A DNA stretch of 64,000 nt from Heptranchias perlo (GCF_035084215.1 NC_090357.1:868001-932000), one strand, 5' to 3'; shown: positions 48,581 through 60,614, numbered from the stretch's first letter. Numbers and translations are program-made. Notes: generated from the sequence alone by a model not told the origin.

Positions 48581-51500
48581 ATTCGGCCCATCAAGTCTGT
48601 GCCAGCTCTCTGCAAGAGCAATCCAGCTAGTCCCACTCCCCGGCCCTATCCCCGTCGCCCTGCAAATTTTTTTACTTTCAAGTACTTATCCAGTTCCCTT
48701 TTGAAGGCCATGATTGAATCTGCCTCCACCAACCCCTCGGGCAGTGCATTCCAGATCATAACCACTCGCTGTGTAAAAAAGTTTGTCCTCATGTCACCTT
48801 TGGTTCTTTTGCCAATCACCTTAAATCTACGCCCTCTAGTTCTTGACCCTTCCGCCAATGGGAACAGTTTCTCTCTATCTACTCTGTCTAGACCCTTCAT
48901 GATTTTGAATACCTCTATGAAATCTCCTCGCAACCGTCTCTGTTCCAAGGAGAACAACCCCAGCTTCTCCAGTCTATCCACATAACTAAAGTCCCTCATC
49001 CCTGGAACCATTCTAGTAAATCTCTTCTGCACCCTCTCTGAGGCCTTCACATCTTTCCTAAAGTGCGGTGCCCAGAACTGGACACAATACTCCAGTTGAG
49101 GCCGAACCAGTGTTTTATAAAGGTTCATCATGACTTCTTTACTTTTATACTCGATACCTCTATTTATAAAGCCCAGGATCCCGTATGCTTTTTTAACCAC
49201 TTTCTCAACCTGCCCTGCCACCTTCAATGATTTGTGTACATGTAACCCCAGATCTCTCTGTTCCTGTACCCCTTTTAGAGTTGTTCCCTCTAGTTTATTT
49301 TGCCTCTCCTCATTCTTCCTACTGAAATGTATCACCTCGCATTTTTCTGTGTTAAATTTCATCTGCCACGTGTGTCTGCCCATTCCACCAGCCTGTCTAT
49401 ATCCTCTTGAAGTCTATCACTATCCTCCTCACTGTTCACTACACTTCCAAGTTTTGAGTCATCTGCAAATTTTGTAATTGTGCCCTGTACACCCAAGTCC
49501 AAGTCATTAATATATATCAAGAAAAGCAGTGGTCCCAGCACCGACCCCTGGGGGACACCACTGTACACCTCCCTCCAGTCTGAAAAACAATTGTTCACCA
49601 CTACTCTCTGTTTCCTGTCACTTAGCCAATTCTGTATCCATGCTGCTACTGCCCCCTTTATTCCATGGGCTTCAATTTTTTTTTAAATATATTCGTTCAT
49701 GGGATGTGGGCGTCGCTGGCGAGGCCGGCATTTATTGCCCATCCCTAATTGTCCTTGAGAAGGTGGTGGTGAGCCGCCACCTTGAACCGCTGCAGTCCGT
49801 GTGGTGAAGGTTCTCCCACAGTGCTGTTAGGAAGGGAGTTCCAGGATTTTGACCCAGCGACGATGAAGGAACGGCGATATATTTCCAAGTCGGGATGGTG
49901 TGTGACTTGGAGGGGAACGTGCAGGTGGTGCTGTTCCCACGTGCCTGCTGCTTTTGTCCTTCTCAGTGGTAGAGGTCGCGGGTTTGGGAGGTGCTGTCGA
50001 AGAAGCCTTGGCGAGTTGCTGCAGTGCATCCTGTGGATGGTACACACTGCAGCCACAGTGCGCCGGTGGTGAAGGGAGTGAATGTTTAGGGTGGTGGATG
50101 GGGTGCCAATCAAGCGGGCCGCTTTGTCCTGGGTGGTGTCGAGCATCTTGAGTGTTGTTGGAGCTGCACTCATCCAGACAAGTGGAGAGTATTCCATCAC
50201 ACTCCTGACTTGTGCCTTGTAGATGGTGGAAAGGCTTTGGGGAGTCAGGAGGTGAGTCACTCGCCGCAGAATACCCAGCCTCTGACCTGCTCTTGTAGCC
50301 ACAGTATTTATATGGCTGGTCCAGTTAAGTTTCTGGTCAATGGTGACCCCCCAGGATGTTGATGGTGGGGGATTCGGTGATGGTAATGCCGTTGAATGTC
50401 AAGGGGAGGTGGTCAGACACTCTCTTGTTGGAGATGGTCATTGCCTGGCACTTATCTGGCGCGAATGTTACTTGCCACTTATGAGCCCAAGCCTGAATGT
50501 TGTCCAGGTCTTGCTGCATGCGGGCTCGGACTGCTTCATTATTTGAGGGGTTGCGAATGGAACTGAACACTGTGCAATCATCAACGAACATCCCCATTTC
50601 TGACCTTATGATGGAGGGAAGGTCATTGATGAAGCAGCTGAAGATGGTTGGGCCTAGGACACTGCCCTGAGGAACTCCTGCAGCAATGCCCTGGGGCTGA
50701 GATGATTGGCCTCCAACAACCACTACCATCTTCCTTTGTGCTAGGTATGACTCCAGCCACTGGAGAGTTTTCCCCCTGATTCCCATTGACTTCAATTTTA
50801 TTAGGGCTCCTTGGTGCCACACTCGGTCAAATGCTGCCTTGATGTCAAGGGCAGTCACTCTCACCTCACCTCTGGAATTCAGCTCTTTTGTCCATGTTTG
50901 GACCAAGGCTGTAATGAGTTCTGGAGCAGAGTGGTCCTGGCGGAACCCAAACTGAGCATCGGTGAGCAGGTTATTGGTGAGTAAGTGCTGCTTGATAGCA
51001 CTGTCGATGACACCTTCCATCACTTTGCCGATGATTGAGAGTAGACTGATGGGGCGGTAATTGGCCGGATTGGATTTATCCTGCTTTTTGTGGACAGGAC
51101 ATACCTGGGCAATTTTCCACATTGATGGGTAGATGCCAGTGTTATAGCTGTACTGGAACAGCTTGGCTAGAGGCGCAGCTAGTTCTGGAGCACAAGTCTT
51201 CAGCACTACAGCCGGGATGTGGTCGGGGCCCATAGCCTTTGCTGTATCCAGTGCACTCAGCCGTTTCTTGATATCACGTGGAGTGAAGATAAGCTTACCG
51301 TGCGGCACTTTATCAAATGCCTTTTGAAAGTCCATATACACCTCATCAACTGCATTGCCCTCATCTATCCTCTCCGTTACCTCATCAAAAAACTCTATCA
51401 GATTAGTTGAACACGATTTGCCTTTAGCAAATCCATGCTGACTTTCCCTAATCAATCCACCCTCGTCCAAGTGACTGTTAATTCTGTCCCGGATTATCGT

Positions 51501-51655
51501 TTCTAAAAGTTTCCCCACCACTGAGGTTAAACTGACTGGCCTATAGTTGCTGGGTTTATCCTTACACTCTTTTTTGAGCAAGGGTGTAACATTTGCAATT
51601 CTCCAGTCCTCTGGCACCACCCCCTATATCTAAGGATGTTTGGAAGATTACGGCC
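48581..51655 (-). mobile_element. CR1 LINE (same family as 14-1122) interrupted by a second LINE
   Basis: ORFs 48646..49383, 49359..49601 and the N-terminal part of 50337..51620. Confidence 0.9.
49677..51288 (-). mobile_element. Second non-LTR LINE lineage (CR1/Jockey-group RT) nested in CR1, A-rich tail
   Basis: KAMGPDHIP..NYRPISLL..QFGFR..DIKAAFDRVWH..GVPQGSVLGP..FVDDC; T-run at about 49676-49684. Confidence 0.88.
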
Positions 51656-51744
51656 AGTACCTTGTCTGTCTGGCAGTCACCCAGTCCCTCTCTGCCTGCA
51701 CTTTCTTAAGCTGTGGGGTGACCACCTGCTCAAACGTGCTATCC

Positions 51745-52105
51745 ATGTGCATCTACAAGATGCACTGCAGCAACTCGCCAAGGCTTCTTCGACAGCACCT
51801 CCCAAACCCGCGACCTCTACCACCTAGAAGGACAAGGGCAGCAGGCACATGGGAACAACACCACCTGCACGTTCCCCTCCAAGTTACACAACATCCTGAC
51901 TTGGAAATATATCGCCGTTCCTTCATTGTCGTTGAGTCAAAATCCTGGAACTTCCGACCTAACACTGTGGGAGAACCTTCACCACACGGACTGCAGCGGG
52001 TCAGGAAGGCGGCTCACCACCACCTTCTCAAGGGCAATTAGGGATGGGCAATAAATGCCGGCCTCGCCAGCGACGCCCACATCCCATGAATGAATAAAAA
52101 AAAAA
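51745..52105 (+). mobile_element. 3' end of the second LINE lineage with poly(A)
   Basis: Reverse complement of 49686-50060; another minus fragment at about 52780-52960. Confidence 0.85.
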
Positions 52106-52663
52106 GCTGCATTCACTCACTAAAAAAAAAGGACTCCAATTTCCATATCACGACTTAAAGAATTGGATCAATAATAATAGGTATCCAACCCAACGGTGAA
52201 TATTTAACTATCAGATAATACTGGGAATGGATGACTTCTGCAAGTTCCAAAGATATCTCCCTTCCTTTCTTTTGTTTAGTTATTTTTTCAGATTGTGGAG
52301 ATGAGGGATTTCAGTGCTGGAGACACAGTATCCCACTTCTCACTTCCTGGGTCAGGGTTAAGGATACTCGGATCATCTACAGCACAGCTGGAATGAAGGG
52401 TAAAGCTCTCAGATGGATTACACAGAAGAGGCTCATAATGGAGAGTTTCAATCTGTTGTGTGATAGTGGTGGGGGAGGGGGAGCACGGCTGTGAGTCCAC
52501 ACCTAGCTTACAAACACAGCTCAGTCCCAGTCCTGTGCTGATAAAACTCCAGCAGCAGCAATACCGCATTAAACAGTAAGAAAACAAAAATACATTGGTG
52601 TCATTTGTAATAACCCTTGGATGTTGTAGTGTATTCATTTACAAGCACTGCACTCTTTCCTAC

Positions 52664-52710
52664 CTCTCCTGTAGATCACTCCAGGTTTTCTCAGTTTTAC
52701 AAGACGCCAT
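52664..52710 (-). CDS. Uncharacterised gene first coding exon MASCKTEKTWSDLQE(S)
   Basis: Acceptor tttgtttctattag (exon start 52728), ATGG context, AG|gtagga phase-2 donor joins in frame to 44246. Confidence 0.6.
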
Positions 52711-53255
52711 GAGACAAAACTTCAACCCCTAATAGAAACAAATATCAGATTAACTAAAATAAGCATGGATTACACTTTTTATAAATTCATTCTGAGGATG
52801 TGGGCGTCGCTGGCGAGGCCGGCATTTATTGCCCATCCCTAATTGCCCTTGAGAAGGTGGTGGTGAGCCGCCTTCCTGACCCGCTGCAGTCCGTGTGGTG
52901 ACGGTTCTCCCACAGTGCTGTTAGGGAGGGAGTTCCAGGATTTTGACCCAGCGACGATGAAGTGGCTTTAATGTGTGTTATAAAGGGTTAAGTTACAACA
53001 ACAACTACTTGTGTTTATCTAACACTTTGAACACAGTAAAATGTCCCTGGCGCTTCGCAGGACTGCCCGAGCTCGGTTCCACTCTTTGCTATCCAATTGT
53101 TGCTGAAGCATCTGCAGCAATAGCTATTTTTTCCAGCCCTCGCACCATGACCTCCTATCACTCTATCCCTGGCCTCCTCCTCTTCCATATCCACATACTG
53201 CCCCTGGGCGACATTATCCGCAGACATGGGGTCACACCGAGCTCCACCACTGCCA

Positions 53256-53455
53256 NNNNNNNNNNNNNNNNNNNNNNNNNNNNNNNNNNNNNNNNNNNNN
53301 NNNNNNNNNNNNNNNNNNNNNNNNNNNNNNNNNNNNNNNNNNNNNNNNNNNNNNNNNNNNNNNNNNNNNNNNNNNNNNNNNNNNNNNNNNNNNNNNNNNN
53401 NNNNNNNNNNNNNNNNNNNNNNNNNNNNNNNNNNNNNNNNNNNNNNNNNNNNNNN
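53256..53455. other. 200-N assembly gap; probably hides HMBS 5' exons
   Basis: An HMBS exon emerges mid-exon from the gap; no upstream HMBS exons found to the left. Confidence 0.8.
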
Positions 53456-53522
53456 TAGTTCACTCTCTGAAGGACCTGCCGACCACTCTACCCCTTGGGT
53501 TTACAATTGGAGCCATCTGCAA
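53456..53522 (+). CDS. HMBS: Porphobilinogen deaminase exon, 5'-truncated by gap: VHSLKDLPTTLPLGFTIGAIC(K)
   Basis: VHSLKD active-site motif; AA|gtgagt donor. Confidence 0.93.
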
Positions 53523-54244
53523 GTGAGTGACTTCAGATCGAATAATCTCGATTCGGGTGACACAGTCTGATCAAACTCCTCAAATAAACAAGCACCTAAA
53601 TTCCAGTTGTGTTCAACACATAAAATTAATTCATGTTTCTTTGACCAAGCTTTTGGTCATCCGTCCTAATGTGGCTCGGTGTCAAATTTTGTTTGAAAGT
53701 TGCTCCTGTGAAGCACATTGGGACATTTTACTACACTAAAGGCACTATATAAATGCAAGTTGTTGTTGTTGTTTCTCTCTGATCTGCCCGGCTGAGAGGG
53801 AAGGCTGACAATCCACTCCTGGCCCCTGACTGCAGTTATTCGGACTGGCTGTTAGGAGGTGCTTTAAAATGGCTCCGATGTGATTATCCATTTTTTTTTT
53901 ACTCTTTTTCTCTGTGGAGAAGCATCTGGTTTTTGCTCAGTGTCTCCGTACAGCAGCAGGGCCGGGATCGAACATTGTGTGGGGAATTTAGACTGTAGAC
54001 CGACAAGCCAGTGTTCTGTGGTACACGCGGTACAGCTCCAGCAGTCTGAATTACTCAGCCTCTTCCCCCCAACTTTTATACATCCTTTAAATACAGGGGA
54101 GCAGTTTAATTGCTGGTTTGATTTATACATTTTCAACCTAATTGAGGTCACAGGAAGGCTGGAGTGGAAAATATTATACTGGGGTAGGATTGGGGCTCCT
54201 CTGAAATTGAGATTGAGCCACATTGTTGGGAGTTTTACTATCGA

Positions 54245-54566
54245 ACCCCGTGCTGTTCCTGCCCTGGGAGTGTTTGATGGGACAGTGTAGAGGGAGCTTT
54301 ACTCTGTATCTAACCCTGTACCTGCCCTGGGAGTGTTTGATGGGACAGTGTAGAGGGAGCTTTACTCTGTATCTAACCCGTGCTGTACCTGCCCTGGGAG
54401 TGTTTAATGGGACAGTGTAGAGGGAGCTTTACTCTGTATCTAACCCTGTACCTGCCCTGGGAGTGTTTGATGGGACAGTGTAGAGGGAGCTTTACTCTGT
54501 ATCTAACCCTGTACCTGCCCTGGGAGTGTTTGATGGGACAGTGTAGAGGGAGCTTTACTCTGTATC
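54245..54566 (-). repeat. 63/67-bp minisatellite array
   Basis: Same unit as 14144-15607. Confidence 0.92.
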
Positions 54567-54934
54567 CCTGGCTGGATGTTGACACTGGGTGCCCGAAATG
54601 GAAAAGCTTCTGCTCTTAATCCATATCCCTCCTCTTGATTCTTTAAAAAAAATTGGGCGGGACCTTCCATCCCCTGGAGGTTGTCCTGTCAGCATCTGGT
54701 AATACAGCTGTTGGAATGATGTGAATGCAGTGTGGGCATCCGTACAGTATCTTACATTTAATTTCCCCCCCCCACCCCCTCTCTGTGGGCATATTGTTCC
54801 CTTTTCACTGGCCCCCCTTCTCCATGTAAACTATAAACCCTGAGGAAGCAGTTAGATATGTTTTGCAAATGAAATTACTGTTTTTCACTGCAAATAATCT
54901 GCAGACAGTAAATTCAGATTTATAATCACAGTTC

Positions 54935-55419
54935 GAATCATAGAAGTTTACAACATGGAAACAGGCCCTTCGGCCCAACATGTCCATGTCGCCCAGTTTA
55001 TACCACTAAGCTAGTCCCAATTGCCTGCACTTGGCCCATATCCCTCTATACCCATCTTACCCATGTAACTGTCCAAATGCTTTTTAAAAGACAAAATTGT
55101 ACCCGCCTCTAATACTGCCTCTGGCAGCTCGTTCCAGACACTCACCACCCTTTGAGTGAAAAAGTTGCCCCTCTGGACCCTTTTGTATCTCTCCCCCCTC
55201 ACCTTAAATCTATGCCCCCTCGTTATAGACTCCCCCACCTTTGGGAAAAGATTTTGACTATCTACCTTATCTATGCCCCTCATTATTTTATAGACTTCTA
55301 TAAGATCACCCCTAAACCTCCTACTCTCCAGGGAAAAAAGTCTCAGTCTATCCAACCTCTCCCTATAAGTCAAACCATCAAGTCCCGGTAGCATCCTAGT
55401 AAATCTTTTCTGCACTCTT
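54935..55419 (-). mobile_element. Young CR1 3' fragment abutting an HMBS acceptor
   Basis: Near-identical reverse complement of 59203-59687. Confidence 0.93.
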
Positions 55420-55426
55420 GTTACAG

Positions 55427-55504
55427 GCGTGAAATTCCTTTCGATGCTGTCGTTCTGCATCCGAACAATGTGGGGAAATCCCTGGGCACACTGGCAGAGA
55501 GGAG
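55427..55504 (+). CDS. HMBS: Porphobilinogen deaminase exon REIPFDAVVLHPNNVGKSLGTLAER(S)
   Basis: 78 nt, phase 2 to 2; matches human [26 protein letters not shown]. Confidence 0.9.
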
Positions 55505-56161
55505 GTAAGGCACTAATGCAGGTATACGCTTCACTGTGCAGAGGGGGATCTTTGCTGCGTTAACATTGCCATGCTGGTTTCAGGAGAGCGAGACTGTACC
55601 AGCCTCTTGGCACCATTCTCCCATCGGACGCTGGGTAGAAATGGAACCAGTCAACCTGGCAACACTCAGGCCGAAGGATGGCACAGGGGTCATTAAACAA
55701 CAGGTCATCAGGGGCGGCCAGAGCAAGACGAGTCTTGCAGTTTCTATTTCTAAGCACGACCACTAGTGAGAGAGCCCAACGTTTGCTGTTGGCTGAAATT
55801 TTATATAACGCAAAAGGGCCGTGTCAGTAATTTCCGGGGTGAGTGACGGGGTTAGCACACCTTGGGCTGTCCAGGTCCTGCTCGTCTGCACAGCCCTGGC
55901 CAATGGCACTCCCTGGCTATCCCAGCAGAGGGCACTCCTGGGCTGATTCTAAAACCTGCAATTGCATGCAGTCAGCGGATAAATTTACTATTGTGTGTTC
56001 TTCCTTCTATGCAACACGGAGGTGAGAACTGCAGAAGTGTGTGCCACGTACAACACAAGGTGCACAGCGTGACCTGTGTTGATTCAGCTTTTTATTTTTT
56101 GATGGTCTGAAACCTGTTGTATAAGATTACTTTGAGTTTTTATCTCTCTCTCTCTCCACAG

Positions 56162-56237
56162 CGTTGTGGGAACTAGCTCTTTACGACGAGCAGCTCAGCT
56201 CAAAAGGCGATTTCCTCACCTGGAATTCAAAGATATT
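56162..56237 (+). CDS. HMBS: Porphobilinogen deaminase exon [25 protein letters not shown]
   Basis: GTSSLRR signature; 76 nt; donor GTATCCTT. Confidence 0.96.
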
Positions 56238-56446
56238 GTATCCTTTTATTGTTCAAAGTCACGTTAACAGAATCACAGAATGACTTTCTGTGTTCTAACG
56301 TTCGGCCCATCCTGCCTCTGCCGGCTCTCTGAAATAGTTCTCCATTTAGTCTTATTCCTCTGCTCTATCCACGCACCCGTTGAAATTTTTCTTTTTCGAA
56401 TGTATATTCAGTTCCCTTTTAAAAGCTATTATGGATTCGGCTCCCA

Positions 56447-56991
56447 CCTGCCCTGGGAGTGTTTGATGGGACAGTGTAGAGGGAGCTTTACTCTGTATCT
56501 AACCCTGTACCTGCCCTGGGAGTGTTTGACGGGACAGTGTAGAGGGAGCTTTACTCTGTATCTAACCCTGTACCTGCCCTGGGAGTGTTTTATGGGACAG
56601 TGTAGAGGGAGCTTTACTCTGTATCTAACCCTGTACCTGCCCTGGGAGTGTTTTATGGGACAGTGTAGAGGGAGCTTTACTCTGTATCTAACCCTGTACC
56701 TGCCCTGGGAGTGTTTTATGGGACAGTGTAGAGGGAGCTTTACTCTGTATCTAACCCTGTACCTGCCCTGGGAGTGTTTTATGGGACAGTGTAGAGGGAG
56801 CTTTACTCTGTATCTAACCCTGTACCTGACCCTGGGAGTGTTTGATGGGACAGTGTAGAGGGAGCTTTACTCTGTATCTAACCCTGTACCTGCCCTGGGA
56901 GTGTTTTATGGGACAGTGTAGAGGGAGCTTTACTCTGTATCTAACCCTGTACCTGCCCTGGGAGTGTTTTATGGGACTGTGTAGAGGGAGC
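56447..56991 (-). repeat. 63-bp minisatellite array, about 9 copies
   Basis: Same unit as 14144-15607. Confidence 0.93.
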
Positions 56992-57359
56992 CAGCGACCT
57001 TGATTAGCAGATAAAAAGTCCCCCAAATCTTTGAAATTGAGGTTGGGTTTGCTTGAATATAAACCATGTTTAGAGTGTGCCCCTGCTGGCATGTTAATAG
57101 GACTGTGGTCTTGTTGATTACCACTGTGAAGGTGAATTGTCTCCTGAAGCAAACTGACTTGCACCTTTTGTGGGCTGATGATGTCAGCTGGAGTGTTTTG
57201 ACGGTGAAGGTGTGTGAAACCTAGGGTTTGAAGAGACTGGCAACTCAGGGTAGATTCATCTCTGAGTGGCGTTGGGGAGATGTGTCTGTGATGCTGGTTG
57301 AATCGTGCAAGGAGGGAAGCACCAGGAATGTAACATGAATCAGTCCAGTGTGGTTTTAT

Positions 57360-59691
57360 TACTCCTCTTGGGAAATAAGGAAGGGCAGGTGACAGAAGTG
57401 TTGGTGAGGGATCACTTTGGGACCAGTGATCATAATTCCATTAGTTTTAAGATAGCTATGGAGAATGATAGGTCTGGCCCAAAAGTTAAAATTCTAAATT
57501 GGGGAAAGGCCAATTTTGATGGTATTAGACAGGAACTTTCAGAAGTTGATTGGGAGAGTCTGTTGGCAGGCAAAGGGACGTCTGGTAAGTGGGAGGCTTT
57601 CAAAAGTGTGTTAACCAGGGTTCAGGGTAAGCACATTCCTTATAAAGTGAAGGGCAAGGCTGGTAGAAGTAGGGAACCTTGGATGACTCGGGAGATTGAG
57701 GCCCTAGTCAAAAAGAAGAAGGAGGCATATGACATGCATAGACAGCTGGGATCAAGTGGATCCCTTGAAGAGTATAGAGATTGCCGGAGTAGAGTTAAGA
57801 GAGAAATCAGGAGGGCAAAAAGGGGACATGAGATTGCTTTGGCAGATAAGGCAAAGGAGAATCCAAAGAGCTTCTACAAATACATAAAGGGCAAAAGAGT
57901 AACTAGGGAGAGAGTAGGGCCTCTTAAGGATCAACAAGGTCATCTATGTGCGGAACCTCAAGAGATGGGTGAGATCCTGAATGAATATTTCACATCGGTA
58001 TTTACGGTTGAGAAAGGCATGGATGTTAGGGAACTTGGGGAAATAAATAGTGATGTCTTGAGGAGTGTACATATTACAGAGAGGGAGGTGCTGGAAGTCT
58101 TAACGTGCATCAAGGTAGATAAATCTCCGGGACCTGATGAAATGTTTCCCAGGACGTTATGGGAGGTTAGGGAGGAAATTGCAGGTCCCCTAGCAGAGAT
58201 GTTTGAATCATCCACCGCTACAGGTGAGGTGCCTGAAGATTGGAGGGTAGCAAATGTTGTGCCTTTGTTTAAGAAGGGCAGCAGGGAAAAGCCTGGGAAC
58301 TACAGACCGGTGAGCCTGACATCTGTAGTGGGTAAGTTGTTAGAGGGTATTCTGAGAGACAGGATCTACAGGCATTTGGAGAGGCAGGGACTAATTAGGA
58401 ACAGTCAGCATGGTTTTGTGAGAGGAAAATCATGTCTCACGAATTTGATTGAGTTTTTTGAAGGGGTAACCAAGAAGATAGATGAGGGCTGTGCAGTAGA
58501 CGTGGTCTACATGGACTTTAGCAAAGCCTTTGACAAGGTACCGCATGGTAGGTTGTAACATAAGGTTAAATCTCATGGGATCCAAGGTGAGGTAGCCAAT
58601 TGGATACAAAATTGGATTGACGACAGAAGACAGAGGGTGGTTGTAGAGGGTTGTTTTTCAAACCGGAGGCCTGTGTCCAGCGGTGTGCCTCAGGGATCGG
58701 TGCTGGGTCCGCTGTTATTTGTTATTTATATTAATGATTTGGATGAGAATTTGGGAGGAATGGTTAGTAAGTTTGCAGATGACACCAAGATTGGTGGCAT
58801 TGTGGACAGTGAAGAAGGTTATCTAGGATTGCAACAGGATCTTGATAAATTGGGCCAGTGGGCCGATGAATGGCAGATGGAGTTTAATTTAGATAAATGT
58901 GAGGTGATGCATTTTGGTAGATCGAATCGGTCCAGGACCTACTCCGTTAATGGTAGGGCGTTGGGGAGAGTTATAGAACAAAGAGATCTAGGAGTACAGG
59001 TTCATAGCTCCTTGAAAGTGGAGTCACAGGTGGATAGGGTGGTGAAGAAGGCATTCGGCATGCTTGGTTTCATTGGTCAGAACATTGAATACAGGAGTTG
59101 GGATGTCTTGTTGAAGTTGTACAAGACATTAGTAAGGCCACACTTGGAATACTGTGTACAGTTCTGGTCACCCTATTATAGAAAGGATATTATTAAACTA
59201 GAAAGAGTGCAGAAAAGATTTACTAGGATGCTACCGGGACTTGATGGTTTGACTTATAGGGAGGGGTTGGATAGACTGAGACTTTTTTCCCTGGAGAGCA
59301 GGAGGTTTAGGGGTGATCTTATAGAAATCTATAAAATGATGAGGGGCATAGATAAGGTAGATAGTCAAAATCTTTTCCCAAAGGTAGGGGAGTCTATAAC
59401 GAGGGGGCATAGATTTAAGGTGAGAGGGGAGAGATACAAAAGGGTCCAGAGGGGCAATTTTTTCACTCAAAGGGTGGTGAGTGTCTGGAACGAGCTGCCA
59501 GAGGCAGTAGTAGAGGCAGGTACAATTTTGTCTTTTAAAAAGCATTTGGACAGTTACATGGGTAAGATGGGTATAGAGGGATATGGGCCAAGTGCAGGCA
59601 ATTGGGACTAGCTTAGTGGTATAAACTGGGCAACATGGACATGTTGGGCCGAAGGGCCTGTTTCCATGTTGTAAACTTCTATGATTCTATG
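57360..59691 (+). mobile_element. Young CR1 LINE, 5'-truncated, ORF2 broken by a single stop
   Basis: ORFs 57305..58558 and 58637..59611 are in the same frame; TAA at 58556 corresponds to TTA in the 36155-37299 copy. Confidence 0.95.
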
Positions 59692-59726
59692 GTGCCTGTG
59701 TGTTTCTTTAACAATTTTGATCACAG

Positions 59727-59840
59727 CGAGGCAATTTGAACACAAGACTAAAGAAGCTTGAGGAGAGGAATGATTTCAGTGCCATTGTACTTGCAGCAGC
59801 CGGCCTGCGGAGAATGGGCTGGGAGAGTCGCATCAGCCAG
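59727..59840 (+). CDS. HMBS: Porphobilinogen deaminase exon [38 protein letters not shown]
   Basis: RGNLNTRL motif; 114 nt. Confidence 0.96.
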
Positions 59841-60614
59841 GTATGGCTTCTAATAACGTGTGGGACCCTGCTGGGTAAACCTTGTGATAAAGCTTCTGAT
59901 CATCTTCCTTCTCTTTCCTGCTTCCAAACCAGCGGGCCTCTCTGAAGCATAGTGGGTGGCAGTTTGATCAGAAATGCATTAGTCCACCTCCCTTTTTATT
60001 AAGTGCCCCTCTCTTGGGGCCACACTGAAGCACACTAATACAAAGTATAAGATTGGAAGCAGTATCAAAGGGGCAAATCTCAACATCACTTCATCACACT
60101 GTAGACAAGAGGCACAAACTGCTGAAAAATCCAGACCAGCGTCCATATGATTTACGCAGAGAGATCGATGTGTGAACTGGACTCTGGATCGAGCAGTGAA
60201 ATCATTTGAGAAACAGCTGGATGTTGCGATGGGGAATTGTAGGTTTTAGTTGTGGATGGGTGACCTGTGATGGGCCGAGTGGCCTTAATGAGCAGCCGGT
60301 GCTGCCCATTCTCACCGGTGCTGTGCAAGGGCAGCAAGTTTCCATTCTCAGGTTGCTGCCCTTTCTATATTCCAGTGACGGAGCAAAGATTAATGCCTGA
60401 TTCCTTCGTCCTGATCAGCTCTACTGCTGGAACAATGCTTGCAGTTTGCAGATGCAGTGATGAGAGGTTTCTGTTGGTGTTTTATTTTCCAAAGCAGAGT
60501 ACCAACCGTTTTCCTCCTGTTCACAGTCACAGGCAGGGAAATCAGGTACTTTAGTTGCCAGAATGCTCCTCTTTGCACAAAGTGGCAGTAAAATTGATAT
60601 TTTTTTTCTTGTAG

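Larger units (their letters stand above)
56238..59726 (+). other. HMBS: U12-type (minor spliceosome) GT-AG intron
   Basis: 5' site GTATCCTTTT; branch TTCTTTAAC 59704-59712 about 15 nt from the AG; no strong pyrimidine tract. Confidence 0.85.

Noticed and set aside
50337-51620. 427-aa ORF as a novel double-RT protein
   Set aside because: Explained by a nested LINE insertion that happens to be in frame
52231-52638. Non-repetitive ORFs on both strands
   Set aside because: No homology recognised and splice phases do not fit either gene
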